Part shown: positions 37,477 to 50,673 of the stretch, one piece after another | Layout: every line of letters starts with the position of its first letter | How positions within the stretch are numbered: the stretch's first letter is position 1 | DNA from: Callorhinchus milii | Lineage: Eukaryota | Direction of reading: 5' to 3' | NCBI RefSeq assembly: GCF_018977255.1 | Contig: NW_024704743.1 | Coordinates: 105,588,001 to 105,652,000, forward strand | Length of the DNA stretch: 64,000 bases | Position numbers and translations under genes: made by a program | The notes under the pieces: generated by a model | What the model saw: the letters and a program-made list of their open reading frames with translations, nothing else | Databases searched by the model: none | Told to the model about the DNA's origin: nothing

Positions 37477-39056
37477 CTGAAAATAGCAACATATAAACCA
37501 ATCATAATATCAATAATTCACAAATTATATTTGTTTTCTAATATTTTAGAAAACACATTTAAAGTATTCACAAAATTCTTGGAATGGCCAATAACAAGAA
37601 TCGGAAGGATCAGTATTAATAACAACAACAACAAGATTACATTTGTATAGCACCTTTCACGTTGGGAGGACGTCCCAAGGCGCTGGACAGAGTACAGCAT
37701 TTCAGACCAGAGGGAAGCGAGGGGAAGGGGGTGCCCAATGGCATGGTCAAAGAGGAGGGTCTTGAGGCGGACTTAAAGGAGGCTAAGGAGAGGGTGAGGT
37801 GGAGTGACTGGGGCATGGAATTCCAGAGGTTGGGGGCAGAGTGGCTGAAGGCTCTCCCGCCAATGGTGGGGCAGGTGGGTCAGGGGACGTGGAGCAGGCC
37901 AGAGCCGGCTGAGTGGAGGGAACGGGCGGGTTGGTTGGGGGATTATAAAGGCACCCTTGTGCTAGAAAATTTAGTTGATGAGATATTAACAACCAACAAA
38001 ATTGCAAATTGGCATTATTCAGGCAAGGCCCACTAAAGGTAAGGATCTGAAAGAGAGCGTAGGAGTATATTTTTTGCACACAGACAGTGGTGGGAATGTG
38101 GTAATGAAAATTACTTTTAAAGAGTTGCTCCGACCTTCTGAAATGGATGATGGAATCTGGAAACACTAATAGGAATTCTAATAGTGAGGAAAATATAAGT
38201 GTGATTAAGCTGGTGGAAATTGGCTGTCATGTTTGTGTACTTTAAAAAATAATTATTTATTTCCAGTTCATTGGGTCTTTTTTCATTTAGCCAGTCACTC
38301 ATGTAGGTCCTGTCTGCCTTGCGATTCAACAACAACAAGAAGAAGATTCCATTTATAGAGCGCCTTTCACGTCGGGAGGACATCCCAAGGCGCTGGACAG
38401 TTGGGTCAGGACCCGAGCAGGGGGAAATGGTCAGGGTGAGGGGAGGGAAGGGAGGGAGCGAGGAGGGGGTAGAGAGTCGAGAGGGGAGCTGAAGACACGG
38501 TCAAAGAGAAAGGTCTTGAGACGATTCAGGTGAACAAGCAGGATCCTTCCCCTTCCGATTTTTCAAAAACTGGAGTTTTGCTCTCGATTCTATTGGTTTA
38601 TATTTGCCCTTCAACGAAATTCAACCCAAAAATTCAAACGATTTGGCTACTCATCTTATTGTTGTTTACAGGTTGTTGGTGTAACAAATTCATTAATCAA
38701 TCTCTTTTTGTAAAAGGCTTTTAAATGCTTCTTTTAAATAAAAAGTACTGAATAAATGAAGCTTCCTTTATGTGAAAGGTGCAATATAAATGTGTGACTT
38801 AAAAAATGTAGGTACATTGCATACTAATGTTTAATTCTAATTCTTCAACACATATTCAATTTCACACTTTCAATATTGTAAGATACTTGCTTTAATCCAT
38901 TTGAGAACACAAATGGAAATGCTAAGAATTTCTAAATTACCAATAGAACATTTCTATGGTGTTTATGATGATAAGTATGCAAAGCTATTATGAATATGAA
39001 TTGTTTCACTTGCAAACTAATTACCGAGAAGAAAAAGGGGATTTGTATTATTTTAC

Positions 39057-39158
39057 CGTTTTCCTCGAGGGTAGTGGCGCACATATTCACCAACATCATG
39101 TGCAGCCACAGCCAACACTTGTGGGTCATCTGAGACTTCCAAAAGCCTTGTCAAAATT
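39057..39158 (-). CDS. ATP6V1H: V-ATPase subunit H, exon 12
   Basis: [33 protein letters not shown](R); 102 nt; AAG acceptor. Confidence 0.96.
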
Positions 39159-39307
39159 CTTCACGAAAGACAGAAAAATACAATAATGGAATTAGTCTGT
39201 ATTAATTTCATAATACAGTACAATCTGTATTCAATACAATATAAAAAGTAATTACTGTACTAGGTTCTTCTAAAAGGATTCTAAGCAATCTTGATTGGGT
39301 AATGTAC

Positions 39308-39585
39308 AGTCAGTCAAACCTGTTAAAGCAACCGCGTCTATTGAGCAACCAGCCTGGAAGACTTCAGATGGATTTTCCATAATAAACTACTTCTATTCAG
39401 TAACAACCTGTCCAATACAACCAGTGGCTACTCTCCTTTACAAACACTCTTTTCAGCAGCCAGTTCTAAGTGAATTTAAGTGGACTTATCAGTAATACAT
39501 TATCAATTTCTGCAGGCTCCCATATAGAGTCCCACTAGACTCCTGGTGCATTTACCAGCACCGTTGAGCAGGCCACAACTTCCTG
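39308..39585. mobile_element. Tc1/mariner-Tigger-like DNA transposon fragment
   Basis: Begins CAGTCAAACCTGTTAAAGCAACC with repeated CAACC(A/T)G units; a second TIR was not identified. Confidence 0.4.
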
Positions 39586-39587
39586 CT

Positions 39588-39897
39588 TTATAATAATCCT
39601 TGCATTTGATATAGTGCTTTTCACGTCTTCTAGACGTCTCAGAGCGCTTCACAGAATACATTGTAAAGTGAATCTACTATAAATTTTGTGGACGAAACAC
39701 AGCAGCCAATTGCACACAGTAGTGTCACACAAACAATCGTGGATTGAGTGACCAAATTAATATTGTTGCTTGTTTTTCTTGAGGATTTATTATCAGGCGT
39801 GTGGAGTAAGGAAACTTGCCCAAGGTTTCGCCCCGCCAGAATCAAACCCAGGTCTATCGCTTGCGAGTCGAGTGCTCTAACCACTGAGCTAGACTCC
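39588..39897 (-). mobile_element. tRNA-derived SINE; a 5'-truncated + strand copy follows at 39960-40140
   Basis: Family homology. Confidence 0.85.
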
Positions 39898-40699
39898 TAA
39901 CTGGTCAGGCAGTGTTGCTAGGAGTCTAGTGGGATCTACACTAGACTTACAATTTACAATAAAAAATTGGTCATTTTCAATCTACGACTGCTTGTGGGAC
40001 ATTGCTGTGCGCAATTGGCTGCCGCGTTCGCCCACAAATATGCAGTCAATTCACTTTACAGTGTGTTCTGTGAAGCGCTTTGGAACGTCCTCCCGACGTG
40101 AAAAGCGCTATATCAAATGCAAGGATTATTATTATTATTACACAGGAGCCAAAAAAATCTTTGGTCTGCAGAATTTGTTTTAATTTTCAGGCTCGGACTA
40201 CAAACCATTACTCAAGAGGACACCTTTACATTAAGCCACTTGGGTCTTGTGAAGACTGTTGAACCTAAGAAAAACAGGTTTTATCAGCACAGGGAAATAA
40301 TGCCATAACAAGGCACTCAAAAATTTTATATTTTGAGATATTGTCTACAAAAACAAAACTGTAACAATAAATTTATTAGAAGACCTTATTTCACAATTGG
40401 AATACTGTGTACAGTTTGTAAACCAAGATCAATAATTTAGGATGAATGAAAACAGTAGAACAAGAGGATATAGGTTTAGCGTTGTAAAGGGCAATTCAGG
40501 ATAGACACTAGCAAGTTTTTCTTTACACAGAGGGGAGCTTGGATTTTCACATCTGGAGGGCGAAGCTAGTTGTCAGAATGACCTCCAGCCTTCACAACTT
40601 TCTAAGATTTCCCCAGAGCTGCTCCCTGGTCCACAAACCGAAACCAGCCTCTCATGCTCTTCGCAGCCTACAGATTTCCAAAGCCCTTATTTACACCAA

Positions 40700-41055
40700 A
40701 CTAAAACATAAGTTGCTGGGAACACTCAACAGGTCAGGCAGCATCTATGGAGAAAGTGAGTCAAAGTTTCGGGTCCACGATCCTTTGTCAGAACTGGGGC
40801 ATGTTGGGAGGGAGAGGCTTTTAAGGACTAACAGAGAGGGGGGGAATGCAGGGCAAGATAATGGAGAAAATGGGGTAGAGGACAGGGGATGATGGGGTAA
40901 AGAGGTGTTAATGATGCAAAACAAAGGGGGGGAATTTCAACAAAACAGGCAGACCAGAGAGAGAAAAGGTATGTCTAGGACCTGGATGACGTGGTATTGG
41001 TCACAGAAGAGGGGGAGGGGGAAGGTGAGCTGTTATGGTCTGAACTTATTGAATT
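40700..41055 (-). mobile_element. Penelope-like terminal repeat
   Basis: Homologous to 29221-29375, 13965-14215 and the arms of 12725-12890. Confidence 0.7.
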
Positions 41056-41226
41056 ATTGAAACACCTCCTTATTTACACCTCCAGGGTACTCCACTTGAT
41101 TTGTCTTGACCCTATTAAAGGGCACTCACAACAAGCAGGAAAGTGAGATTTGATTAAATGATTCAGTGGAGATTCATGGGCTAAATAACTAATTTCTGTG
41201 CTGTAACATTTTGAGCCTAAACTTAC

Positions 41227-41352
41227 TTCAATAATTCATAGTTTTTCTCATTCAGCCTTGAAGCATTCTCCCGCCAGAATTTCTCTGATTTATGGACAGG
41301 ACTCCACTCCAGGCGTCCCGACTTCAGTTCTGAACTATATTCATCAAAAGAG
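41227..41352 (-). CDS. ATP6V1H: V-ATPase subunit H, exon 11
   Basis: [41 protein letters not shown](K); 126 nt. Confidence 0.97.
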
Positions 41353-42599
41353 CTGGAAAAGGCAGAAAAAACACTGAAACTAGCAAATATATCTAAAATG
41401 AATTGGGAAAAGCATAATACTTAAAAATTCTTGTGCGTAAGTGAATTGGTTGATGATTTTGTGTACTTAATTTTCATTGCATCTTTATCAACACATTTGA
41501 AGCAGGACAGCTTTAGTGTCCCAACCATGCAACAGAGGAGTGGTGAGGAAATGTAGAAAACATAAAGATGATTTATAGAGCATGGGAATGTACCTTAAAT
41601 CTATGAGAAAAATATTTAATCAAGATTCAAATTCTGATTGCCCCAGTTTGATATGCTACTGTATACACGGTTTATGGAATACAACAGGCATTCTGTAGTA
41701 TTGGCTCAGGTTTCAGACTAACAAGACTTTCAAAGCATCAACTTGATTTAATCTTCCATTTCCAGGTGTGTGACCTTGGAGCCAACTAAACCCTGAAGAG
41801 ATCCTACTAACCTCTTCCCCAAGGAGGATAGTCAGTGGTTGATATTTAGACATGCACATGTTTGAGCCCTCACTTTGTGGATAGCTGGTACCAGATACTA
41901 CTTGCATGCATGATTCGCTTCCCAGTTTCCTTGTCAGCTATGTAATGGACATCTGCCTTCAGTGTGATGGGAACACCTATACAGGACATTCTGGGATGTG
42001 CTATTGAGCTTCCTATTCTAGTGGACCAAGACCAGAACCATATTGTCATCAATTGTTTAACCCAGGTGCTGTTGAATGGCCATAGCAAAGAAACTTGCCT
42101 GTCATGTAGCTAATTCCACATCCAGGTCGTTGAGCAAAGGACACCCTTCCTTTAGCCACTTATACTATAAACAGCCTCATAGTTTGTTCACGAACCTTGC
42201 AAATGAGCCAAAGGAAACCCCTATGTTGGATGCCCAACAGTTCCAAACCATGAAGGAGAAATATTTGGACGCATGTCTTATCAACCACAAACTTATCCTG
42301 CATTGGGACTGTCCTATCATAGATTGAAGAAAGACATTTTCAACATATGGCAATGTACCTTGGCTGCAGATTGGCAAGTACTAATAAGTTCAAGGTTGCG
42401 CATACAAGAAGTAAAAACAGAAGGCACATCCACTCTACAAATGGAATAGAAGGTGCTAACTGACTTATTAGTTATGTCCAAATATGGTAAGGCAGCAATA
42501 AACAAGGCAAAAAGAATGCTTGCTACAATACTAAGCCAGTAGAGCTTAGAGATGCAAAACTCCATCTTGTGTTGTCATATATGATTATTTTATTTTAAA

Positions 42600-43100
42600 A
42601 TTTAAGACTGTGCAGATAGCTGCTCTTTTGTCAGACTGCAGCTGGAGCACTGCACACAATTCTTGTTATTTTTATGTGCACAGTATAGAGGATTGTAACT
42701 AGGCTGAATCTCTAGTGTTATGGGAAACTGAACACAATGTTTGTTATTCTGCCGTGCACAGTGTAGAGGAATGCAACTCGGCTGAATCTCCAGCGTCAGA
42801 TAAACTACGGCTCTTCAGCTGCAAAAAAAAAGATGAGGGGTCCGTACAGAGACATATAAACCACTGAATATAAAAGAGGGTGCATACCCAGAAGAATAGG
42901 TTTACTGATGCACCAGAACCAAAGGGACAGGGGATACAGGTTCAGAATTAGTGTCATGCCCTATTAGTAGTCATCATTAAGTATTCCACAGAAAAAATCA
43001 ATATCTAGAACAGTTACCAGAAAGGATAGTTAAGAGCAGAACACAAAAAAGAAACAACCTAATCCTATAATGGGAATATTCTAGGGTGAGCATTCTTGAA
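42600..43100 (+). mobile_element. Old CR1 3' fragment with an internal 78-bp tandem duplication
   Basis: Degenerate LVR..LE.C.QF region; repeat units start at 42649 and 42727. Confidence 0.55.
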
Positions 43101-44135
43101 AATAAGATCAAATGAGTCAAACAGCTTTTCTATTCAAATCTTGCTTGTGAAACAACATTCATTTCTATTGTAACTTGGTTAATATTCATTATAAACATTG
43201 ACATTACCGGCTGTGGAAAATCCATTACAGTACACAGACATCAGAATGGTTAAGATACATGTACTGCATGTTTAAAATTTTATGAAGCTGTCAAAGTAAT
43301 TATTGGAGGTCTATCTTATTGAATTGTTCTTTTTTTTATATTAACTAATGGAGCTTCGGCTGGGTACAGAACCAAAAGATGCTGAAGGTCAAGACTTGTA
43401 AAGAACTGGCTGATATTGTATATCATAAATGTCCTCTCATTTCTGGTTAGTCCAGTCAAGATCTATATACAGAATTACTATTTCTATTTGACAGAGTGCC
43501 TTGTCACATAGAAAATGAATTTCTCTGAGGGCAGCTAGGGTTTTGTGTCAAATGTCGTTTGGGCAATCTCAAATCAAGGCTCAAAGAGGCCTCAGGGATA
43601 ACTGGAGAATGGAAAAGCCACATTATAGTGCAGTATTGTAATGTTGGGGACAAATCCCACTATTTACTCATGTAATCCTGTGTCTAAAGAATACAACACC
43701 TTATTTGGCACAGTTTAAAGCACTGGATTGAAGAAGTCAAAAAGGAGAGTTCTATTCCTCACCTTCATTTTACCACTTTTTTTGAAGAAAAATGTATGTT
43801 ATGAGCTTGGAAAGATTTTAAGTGTTTTTTAAGAAATGAAGGGAAGTCAATTATCTTACAACAATGCACACAGTTCCATATCTGTTTTCTGAATGAACTC
43901 AAGAAGTTGACACAAGATCAACAATGAAGCTTGGCGAAAGATGTGACCAAATCTTTGAGCTAACATGTTACAAGTATTAAAAAAATGCTCATGAGTCTAG
44001 CTAAAAGTGCAAAGGGAATACAAATCAGTTAGTTACCATCTTAATTTCATACAAACAATATTGCAGAGCTGTGTAATTTAATTCATTTGATCTACTGTTA
44101 GAGAAGAATTGGTAAATATCTTCTTAATGACCCAC

Positions 44136-44314
44136 CTGAGATCTTGAACACTCTCGCCAAGTTTCTCTAAGAGGTATTTAATGTCATCAGCAATGTCTTC
44201 ATCATCATATTTCTGTTGTTCAAGGTTCTCCAGTTGTTTAAGGACTTTGCACTGAATCATCGCAAGTGCGTATTCCTGAAGAGTTTCTCTTTCTGCAGAT
44301 TTTTCCAGGAGATT
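44136..44314 (-). CDS. ATP6V1H: V-ATPase subunit H, exon 10
   Basis: NLLEKSAERETLQEYALAMIQCKVLKQLENLEQQKYDDEDIADDIKYLLEKLGESVQDL(S); 179 nt. Confidence 0.97.
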
Positions 44315-46663
44315 CTGCTTAAAAAAAAGGTTACTTCAATTGATGAAGTCAGTCGGCAAATTATTTTAGTTATTTTATAATTTCAACTGTATTTGTAACT
44401 ATCCTTTTTATGAACATATTCAATTAAGCATCCTGCAGCATATTTAATCAAGTTGGTCCTGTATTGCTCTCCATAACAGTATGGTAAGCCTATTCTCTGC
44501 CCCCTTGAATGCATCTTGACAAATGTTGCAGAGAGTAGGAATGTTCAGCTGCATCTCCAAGTTCTACCAATGCGTCAGGCTGACTCTGCCTGACACAGAA
44601 ACTGAACCAAAGAAACCCCTACAGAGGGTTGACTGAATTCTGACATTCCAAGCACGTCACGTTAAGAATATCCAAATCAGATAGAGTTCACATATATATG
44701 TTGGATACAGCAGGAAATTTCTGTGTCTGGAATGGAATGCACACTCTCCATTGAGGGATACATCCTGCTTACCAAATTCTTGCGTATTTGAGTCAGATTT
44801 CCAAGAGCCAACCCTGGGAACTCCAGAGTGTGCATTGGGATTCTGTGGTGTTCAGCCAGCTAAAACCACATTAATCACCTGAAGGAAAGTTCTACTTAAA
44901 TCTCTGATCCCTATCCCTGTTTCCAGCAGTACAAGAACCAGCAATTGGTTATTCCTGCAAATTGCAGTCACTACATTTTACAGTATATCCTGCGAACATC
45001 CTCTCAACGTGAAATGCAAAAGCGCAGTATTATCTAAACTCTTGCGGTCAATTTATGCCGCAGTATTGGCATTAGGTCAGTCTACCTAACTTTAAAACCT
45101 TAAAGCCTCAAAAAAGTTAAGTTTAAAACAGTGGAATCCATTTTCCTGTAATCATATTGTTTCTGCTGATTTCTTGTCATCAACAGTGTGACTCTGCTCT
45201 TTACTATAATTGGTATACTATCATTGGTATCCCGACGTGAAAGGTGCTACACAAATGTAATTTTGTTGTTGTTATTGGTAGGTGCCAGTATTATTGATAA
45301 TACCCCACCAAGTGGTAATTTCCTTCCCCTTGTCAGATGTTGAATGATTCTTGCCAGCAAGGTAAATGGATTTAATTTACAATCTAAGTCTGCTGGAGTC
45401 TAACCAGCTAAAACCACATAGTTTGCCATTGATATCGCTGTCTTGACAAGCTTTTCTGCTGCTTATCCAGCTAGGACCTCCCGACCTGTTAGGTCTTTGG
45501 CTTGCAGGATTAACAGGAGCTGAATAGGTTGATTCCCTGCCCCCAGTGTCTGGTCTGCCATTCCAAGTCCTGTCAATGAGCCAGGCTGTGCTGTTATCTG
45601 CAGGGTCTGGAATACTGTGAACCCGCTTGGTTCAGGAATCGGAATACCGAGACCGCCACAGAAGGTTGGTTCAGTTCCGACTTTCCATTGCCAAGCATTC
45701 CCCCACCCCACCTGAAGAAGGATAGACACAGGTCTATCAGCATTACAAATTAATTTAAAACAAAAATATCAATGGAAATCTCTAATTTTGTAATGTCTTA
45801 ATTGAAGGTTCTGATTATAGATTTAGAGATCCCAAAATGTAATAACCAGATGTGATTTTTTTACATACAGTATTTCTTACATCATACAGTTCAACCTTAT
45901 TAATGCTGTATTTTAAAGGATTTGTAACTGATTATTCCCCAATTTGTTTTTACGGAATTTTGCAGTAAACTAAATTTTACCAGTATTGTGAAAACAAATT
46001 TTATTTCAACCTATGTTGGGCATACTGTATAAACCATTACCTTAGTTATATAGTAGGAAACAAGCACACAGCAGTAAGATTTTCTAGGACATATTACTTA
46101 GAAATAATAGTGACTTGAGCATTCAAATATTCAATTGCAGCAAAGAGCTTGCTAAGAATAATGAAGAAAAATCGATTTAATTCACACAATTCAAATATTT
46201 CTCGTGGAAAAACAGTTTCTTACGTTATAGATTGAAAACAGCTTAAAATGACCAATTAAACAAGAATATCAAAGAGAAGCAAGGGCCACAATACAAGCAT
46301 GTTCTGCGGTCTTGTTGGGATTTTTCTTGTGTTCTTTTCAAATAAATTCTTCACCTCATTCTGAAAGGCTGCACAAATGTACAGTGACTGGGATCCATAT
46401 TGCAGCCATGTTATAACAACATTTATGCTATAAAGAATTACATTATAATGGAACTCCTCTGTATTTCGAAGACAGGAAAAGAGGAAGTAGGACAAAGAGA
46501 TTTTGGAAGAGAAGACCAAAGATAGGGTAGGAGTATTTGTAGCTGCCAATGGAGAAAGCAGAGAACGAGGATAGTGCAAAAACAAAAATATGACATGTAC
46601 ATCTTTCAGGTTATTTAGTACTAAACATCATTAGACTAGTTTAGATCACACTTGCATACATAC

Positions 46664-46856
46664 CCTAAATGTTGCTAGGATGATTCTGGTTACTTTTTCT
46701 TTTACTGATTCCTGAAGAATATCAGATAAAGCTGGAACTATGTTCAATCTTCGTAAATATTCACACAATTGTGAACTGAAGGCCAACAGCCAGAAAGAGA
46801 AGATCATTTGGTACTGAAGCTGAAATCCACATTTATTATTCAAAACAGCCATGATG
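46664..46856 (-). CDS. ATP6V1H: V-ATPase subunit H, exon 9
   Basis: IMAVLNNKCGFQLQYQMIFSFWLLAFS...VKEKVTRIILATFR; 193 nt. Confidence 0.97.
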
Positions 46857-47039
46857 CTGCAGGAAAAAAGGTAAAAGAAATTCACCATTGGGTTTTGTTG
46901 AGCTCCGTATTATATAAAACCACTCAAAGCAATGATGTTCTAATATTAGCTCTCACTGAAAATAATGGGATATTATTGTGAAAATAAAAGATGCATTATA
47001 TTTTTACTACTACGTTTAAGTTTTAAATCAAAAGATTAC

Positions 47040-48600
47040 AACAACAAGATTACATTTGTATAGCGCCTTTCACATCAGGAGGATGTCCCGAGTCGCTGGA
47101 CAGAGGACAGCATTTCAGACCTGAGCTGGGGTTGGGGGGGTAAGGCAGGGGAGGGGAAGGCCGATGGCATGGTCGAAGAGGAGGGTCTTGAGGCGGGACT
47201 TGAAGGAGGCTAACGAGGGGGCAAGGTGGAGTGACTGGGGGATGGAATTCCAGAGGTTGGGGGCAGCGTGGCTGAAGGCTCTCCTGCCAATGGTGGGGTG
47301 GGTGGGTCTGGGAGCGTGGAGCAGGCCAGAGCCGGCTGAGCGGAGGGAACGGGTGGGTTGGTAGGCGGTTAGGAGGTCGCAGAGGTAGGGTGGGGCTAGG
47401 CCATTGAGGGCTTTGTATGTGAGGACCAGGAGCTTGAACTAGATCCTCTGTAGGATAGGGAGCCAGTGGAGTCGGACGAGAATAGGGGAGATGGGGTCAC
47501 GGAGTTTGGTGCGGGAGAGGACACGGGCTGCAGAGTTCTGGATTATCTGCAGCCTGTGGAGGGAGGAGTTGGGAAGGCTGACAAGCAGGGCGTTTGCATA
47601 GTCCAGCCTGGAGGTGATGAAGGCATGAACAAGAGTTTCAGCGGCCTGAGGGGTGAGGTAGTGGCGGAGTCGGGCGACGTTACGGAGGTGAGGGAAGGCA
47701 GAGCGGGTCATGGCTTGAATGTGGGGGAGAAAAGGCAACTGAGGGTCGAACAAGACACCTAGGTTTCTGACTGGCTTGGTGAGTTGTAGTGTGCAACCAT
47801 GGAGGTTGATGCTGCCAGAGCCTGAGGTGGTGAGGCGCTGGCGCGAGCCAATCAGGAGGGCCTCAGTCTTGTTCACATTCAACTGCAAGAAATTTGCCCT
47901 CATCCAGGACTTGATGTCCGACAGGTAGTCTTTCAGGGCAGCAGTGGTCCTGGAGTTGAAGGTGGAGGGAGAAAGATAAGAGTTGGGTGTCATCCGCATA
48001 CATGTGGAAGTTGACCCCATGTCTGCAGATGATGTCACCAAGGGGGAGCATATAGATATTAAAGAGAGGGCCAAGGACAGAGCCCTGGGGGACGCCAGAT
48101 CTGACAGTGCGGGGGCTGGAGGAGAAACCGTTAGAGGCAACAAAGTGAAGACAGTGAGAGAGATAGGAATCGAACCAGGCAAAGGCAGGTCCGTGAAGAT
48201 TGAGTAAAGCAGAGAGGCAGTGTATGAGGATGGAGTGGTCGACAGTGTTGAAGGCGGCAGAGAGGTCGAGGAGGACAAGGAGGCAGAGGGAGCCCTGATC
48301 ACAGATGTTCAGAATGTCATTAGTGACTTTGACCAGGGCTGTTTCCATGCTGTGGGCAGCGCAGAAGCCGGATTGGAGGGGTTCAAAGAAGGAATGGCAA
48401 GAGAGAAAAGAGCGGAGCTGGGATGCGACGACTCGTTACAGGACCTTGGAGAGGAAAGGGAGGTTAGAGATGGGGCAGTAGCTGGAGAGGAGGGATGGAT
48501 CCAGGGAAGATTTTTTTAGTATGGGGGTGATGACGGCTGTTTTTAGGGGGGTGGGAACTGAACCAGTGGACAGGGAGAGGTTGATGACATTGGACGGGAG
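47040..48600 (-). mobile_element. Long L2 LINE ORF2 3' portion (RT domain to tail)
   Basis: [58 protein letters not shown], with frameshifts. Confidence 0.93.
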
Positions 48601-49900
48601 GGGGATTAATAAATAAATTAATAAATAATTTTGTCTAAGTTCAAATCATTTATCTCACATTTCTTTGCACTTGAGGAATTTTCAGCATCACCAATCATTT
48701 TGACTGACAAACTAGGTCAGTCCAAAAGGGTTAAAGGACAGTGGAAGCCAATGTGTTTACAACAAAACAACTTGGATTTTAGGTGAGAATATAAATATAA
48801 TTAGGCATAATCAGAAGATGTTTAGATCACAAGTAATGAGATTCAAGAACAACAAAATTACAAATCCAAATGGCCTTAAGATCACTGTTTTAAAATTTAA
48901 GACTGTGTAGAATTTTGAAAAATTCTTACATTCTTACATTTAATTTGGAAACAAGTTAAAAGAACTGTGGAAAACAGTTTCCAAATTATGACTGAATTGA
49001 AGAATTTTCCAAAAGGCAACTAAATGAATTTCCAGATAGGATGAATGGCAAAATGATGGCCAGAAGGCCACTAGAGTTGAGAAGCAAAATGACAAACCAT
49101 TTCTAATTTAAAAAAGCTAAAAATACTCCTCAATAAAACTCAGTAGAATTTATAGTGCTGATGTCCTGTAGACATATACTAACCAGACATGTAAACCTGG
49201 CTCCTGGTGATGACTATCCAGCATCCTGCACTAAAAAATGATGAAATTCCATCGTCGGTTGCTGCTGGCACTTTCTGAGTGTTATACATAGAAAGCAAAG
49301 CTAACAATTTTCTGCACACTGTATGTGTACTTTATGGGTGGGTGTATCAGCCTGGCTCAGATGATTGGTTACCACCTCTGAGTCAGAAGGATGAAGGCAC
49401 ATGTGGGGACTTGAAACTCATATTGTCTAAGATGATATTCCATTGTGCTGCATTGTTGGAGGTGCTGTCCTTCCGATGAGACATTAAACTAAACATTAAA
49501 GCGTTTCTCCCAGTGACCTGGCCAATAATCCCCCAAATAATATTGGTCATTCACCTCATGGCTATTTGTGGGAGATTGCTGTGTGCAAACTGTCTGCTGC
49601 TTTCTCCCACAAAACACAGACACTCCACTTTACAATATATCCTGTCAAGCGGTTTGGGATGTCCACCCAAAGTGTTAGGTGTTATACCAAATGTAACACT
49701 ATTATGAGCAGGAATGGCCGTGGATATCACTTAGTGAGGAAAACAACACCAGTGGTGCTTCTTGCTCAAAGCGGGAAGTGAAGTTAGTGGCAACCGACAA
49801 TCCAGAAGTCAGTCCTTTTTTTGTGCAAGGAGTGAGTCCTATATTTTTCCAAAGAAGTCAATTTAATTGAAAATTATTTTTCAGGATTAAATATTCTTAC

Positions 49901-49998
49901 CAGTTCACTCCATCAGCTTCTACCCAAGCAAAACGGTATTCATTCACTCTCAGCATCAGTTGCAAACAACCTGCCACACACTGCACATACTGGGAACT
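49901..49998 (-). CDS. ATP6V1H: V-ATPase subunit H, exon 8
   Basis: SSQYVQCVAGCLQLMLRVNEYRFAWVEADGVN(C); 98 nt. Confidence 0.97.
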
Positions 49999-50673
49999 CT
50001 GTAATAAGAAAACAAAATAATGAAGAAAATAATCATTGTTCACACTTATAATACTAACTCAGTGGATCATAAATATGTTGTTTAGACTTTCTCTTAAACT
50101 ATAGTACTGTACATTTTTATAAAGTAAACTTCAACATATTCAAATGAAAATGCAACAGAATAAATCAAATAATTTCACCTATATTCAAATCACACCTTAC
50201 ATTTCTTTGCTCAAAGGGATTTAAATTAGATTCCATGTACTTTCTTTGATCAATTTCTCTTTACCTCACAAAATAAATGAACATAAAATTCAGAAGGTCC
50301 ATTTACTGATCCAATATACCTTTCAGACCAGTTGTTTTCAATCACACGGCATTTCTATGATCATAGGAACTCAGTAACTATCATATTCCACACATTATTC
50401 AATTATCTGTATTTTCCTAGGTAATCTTCAACCCTGGTTCCTAATCAAATATTATAATCAACACAGCATTAACTGGTCCATCCATAAATCTAGGGGAAAA
50501 ATCCTTCTAATACTGTTTTGCCCAAAATTGCACACAAAATTCCTAATGCGGCTTCACAAATACAATATTAGAAAACATATTCTCATTTTAGCGGGTATTT
50601 TCAATTTTCACTAAAATAGCAAAGGTATAGAATCTAAATTCAAACTACATTCAAATTGTTCTCTCTCATTTAC

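Noticed and set aside
47439..48348. Long ORFs of 287 and 161 aa; also 14660-15475, 18757-19302 and 19796-20380
   Set aside because: They are frameshifted L2 LINE remnants or alternative frames of them, not host genes.
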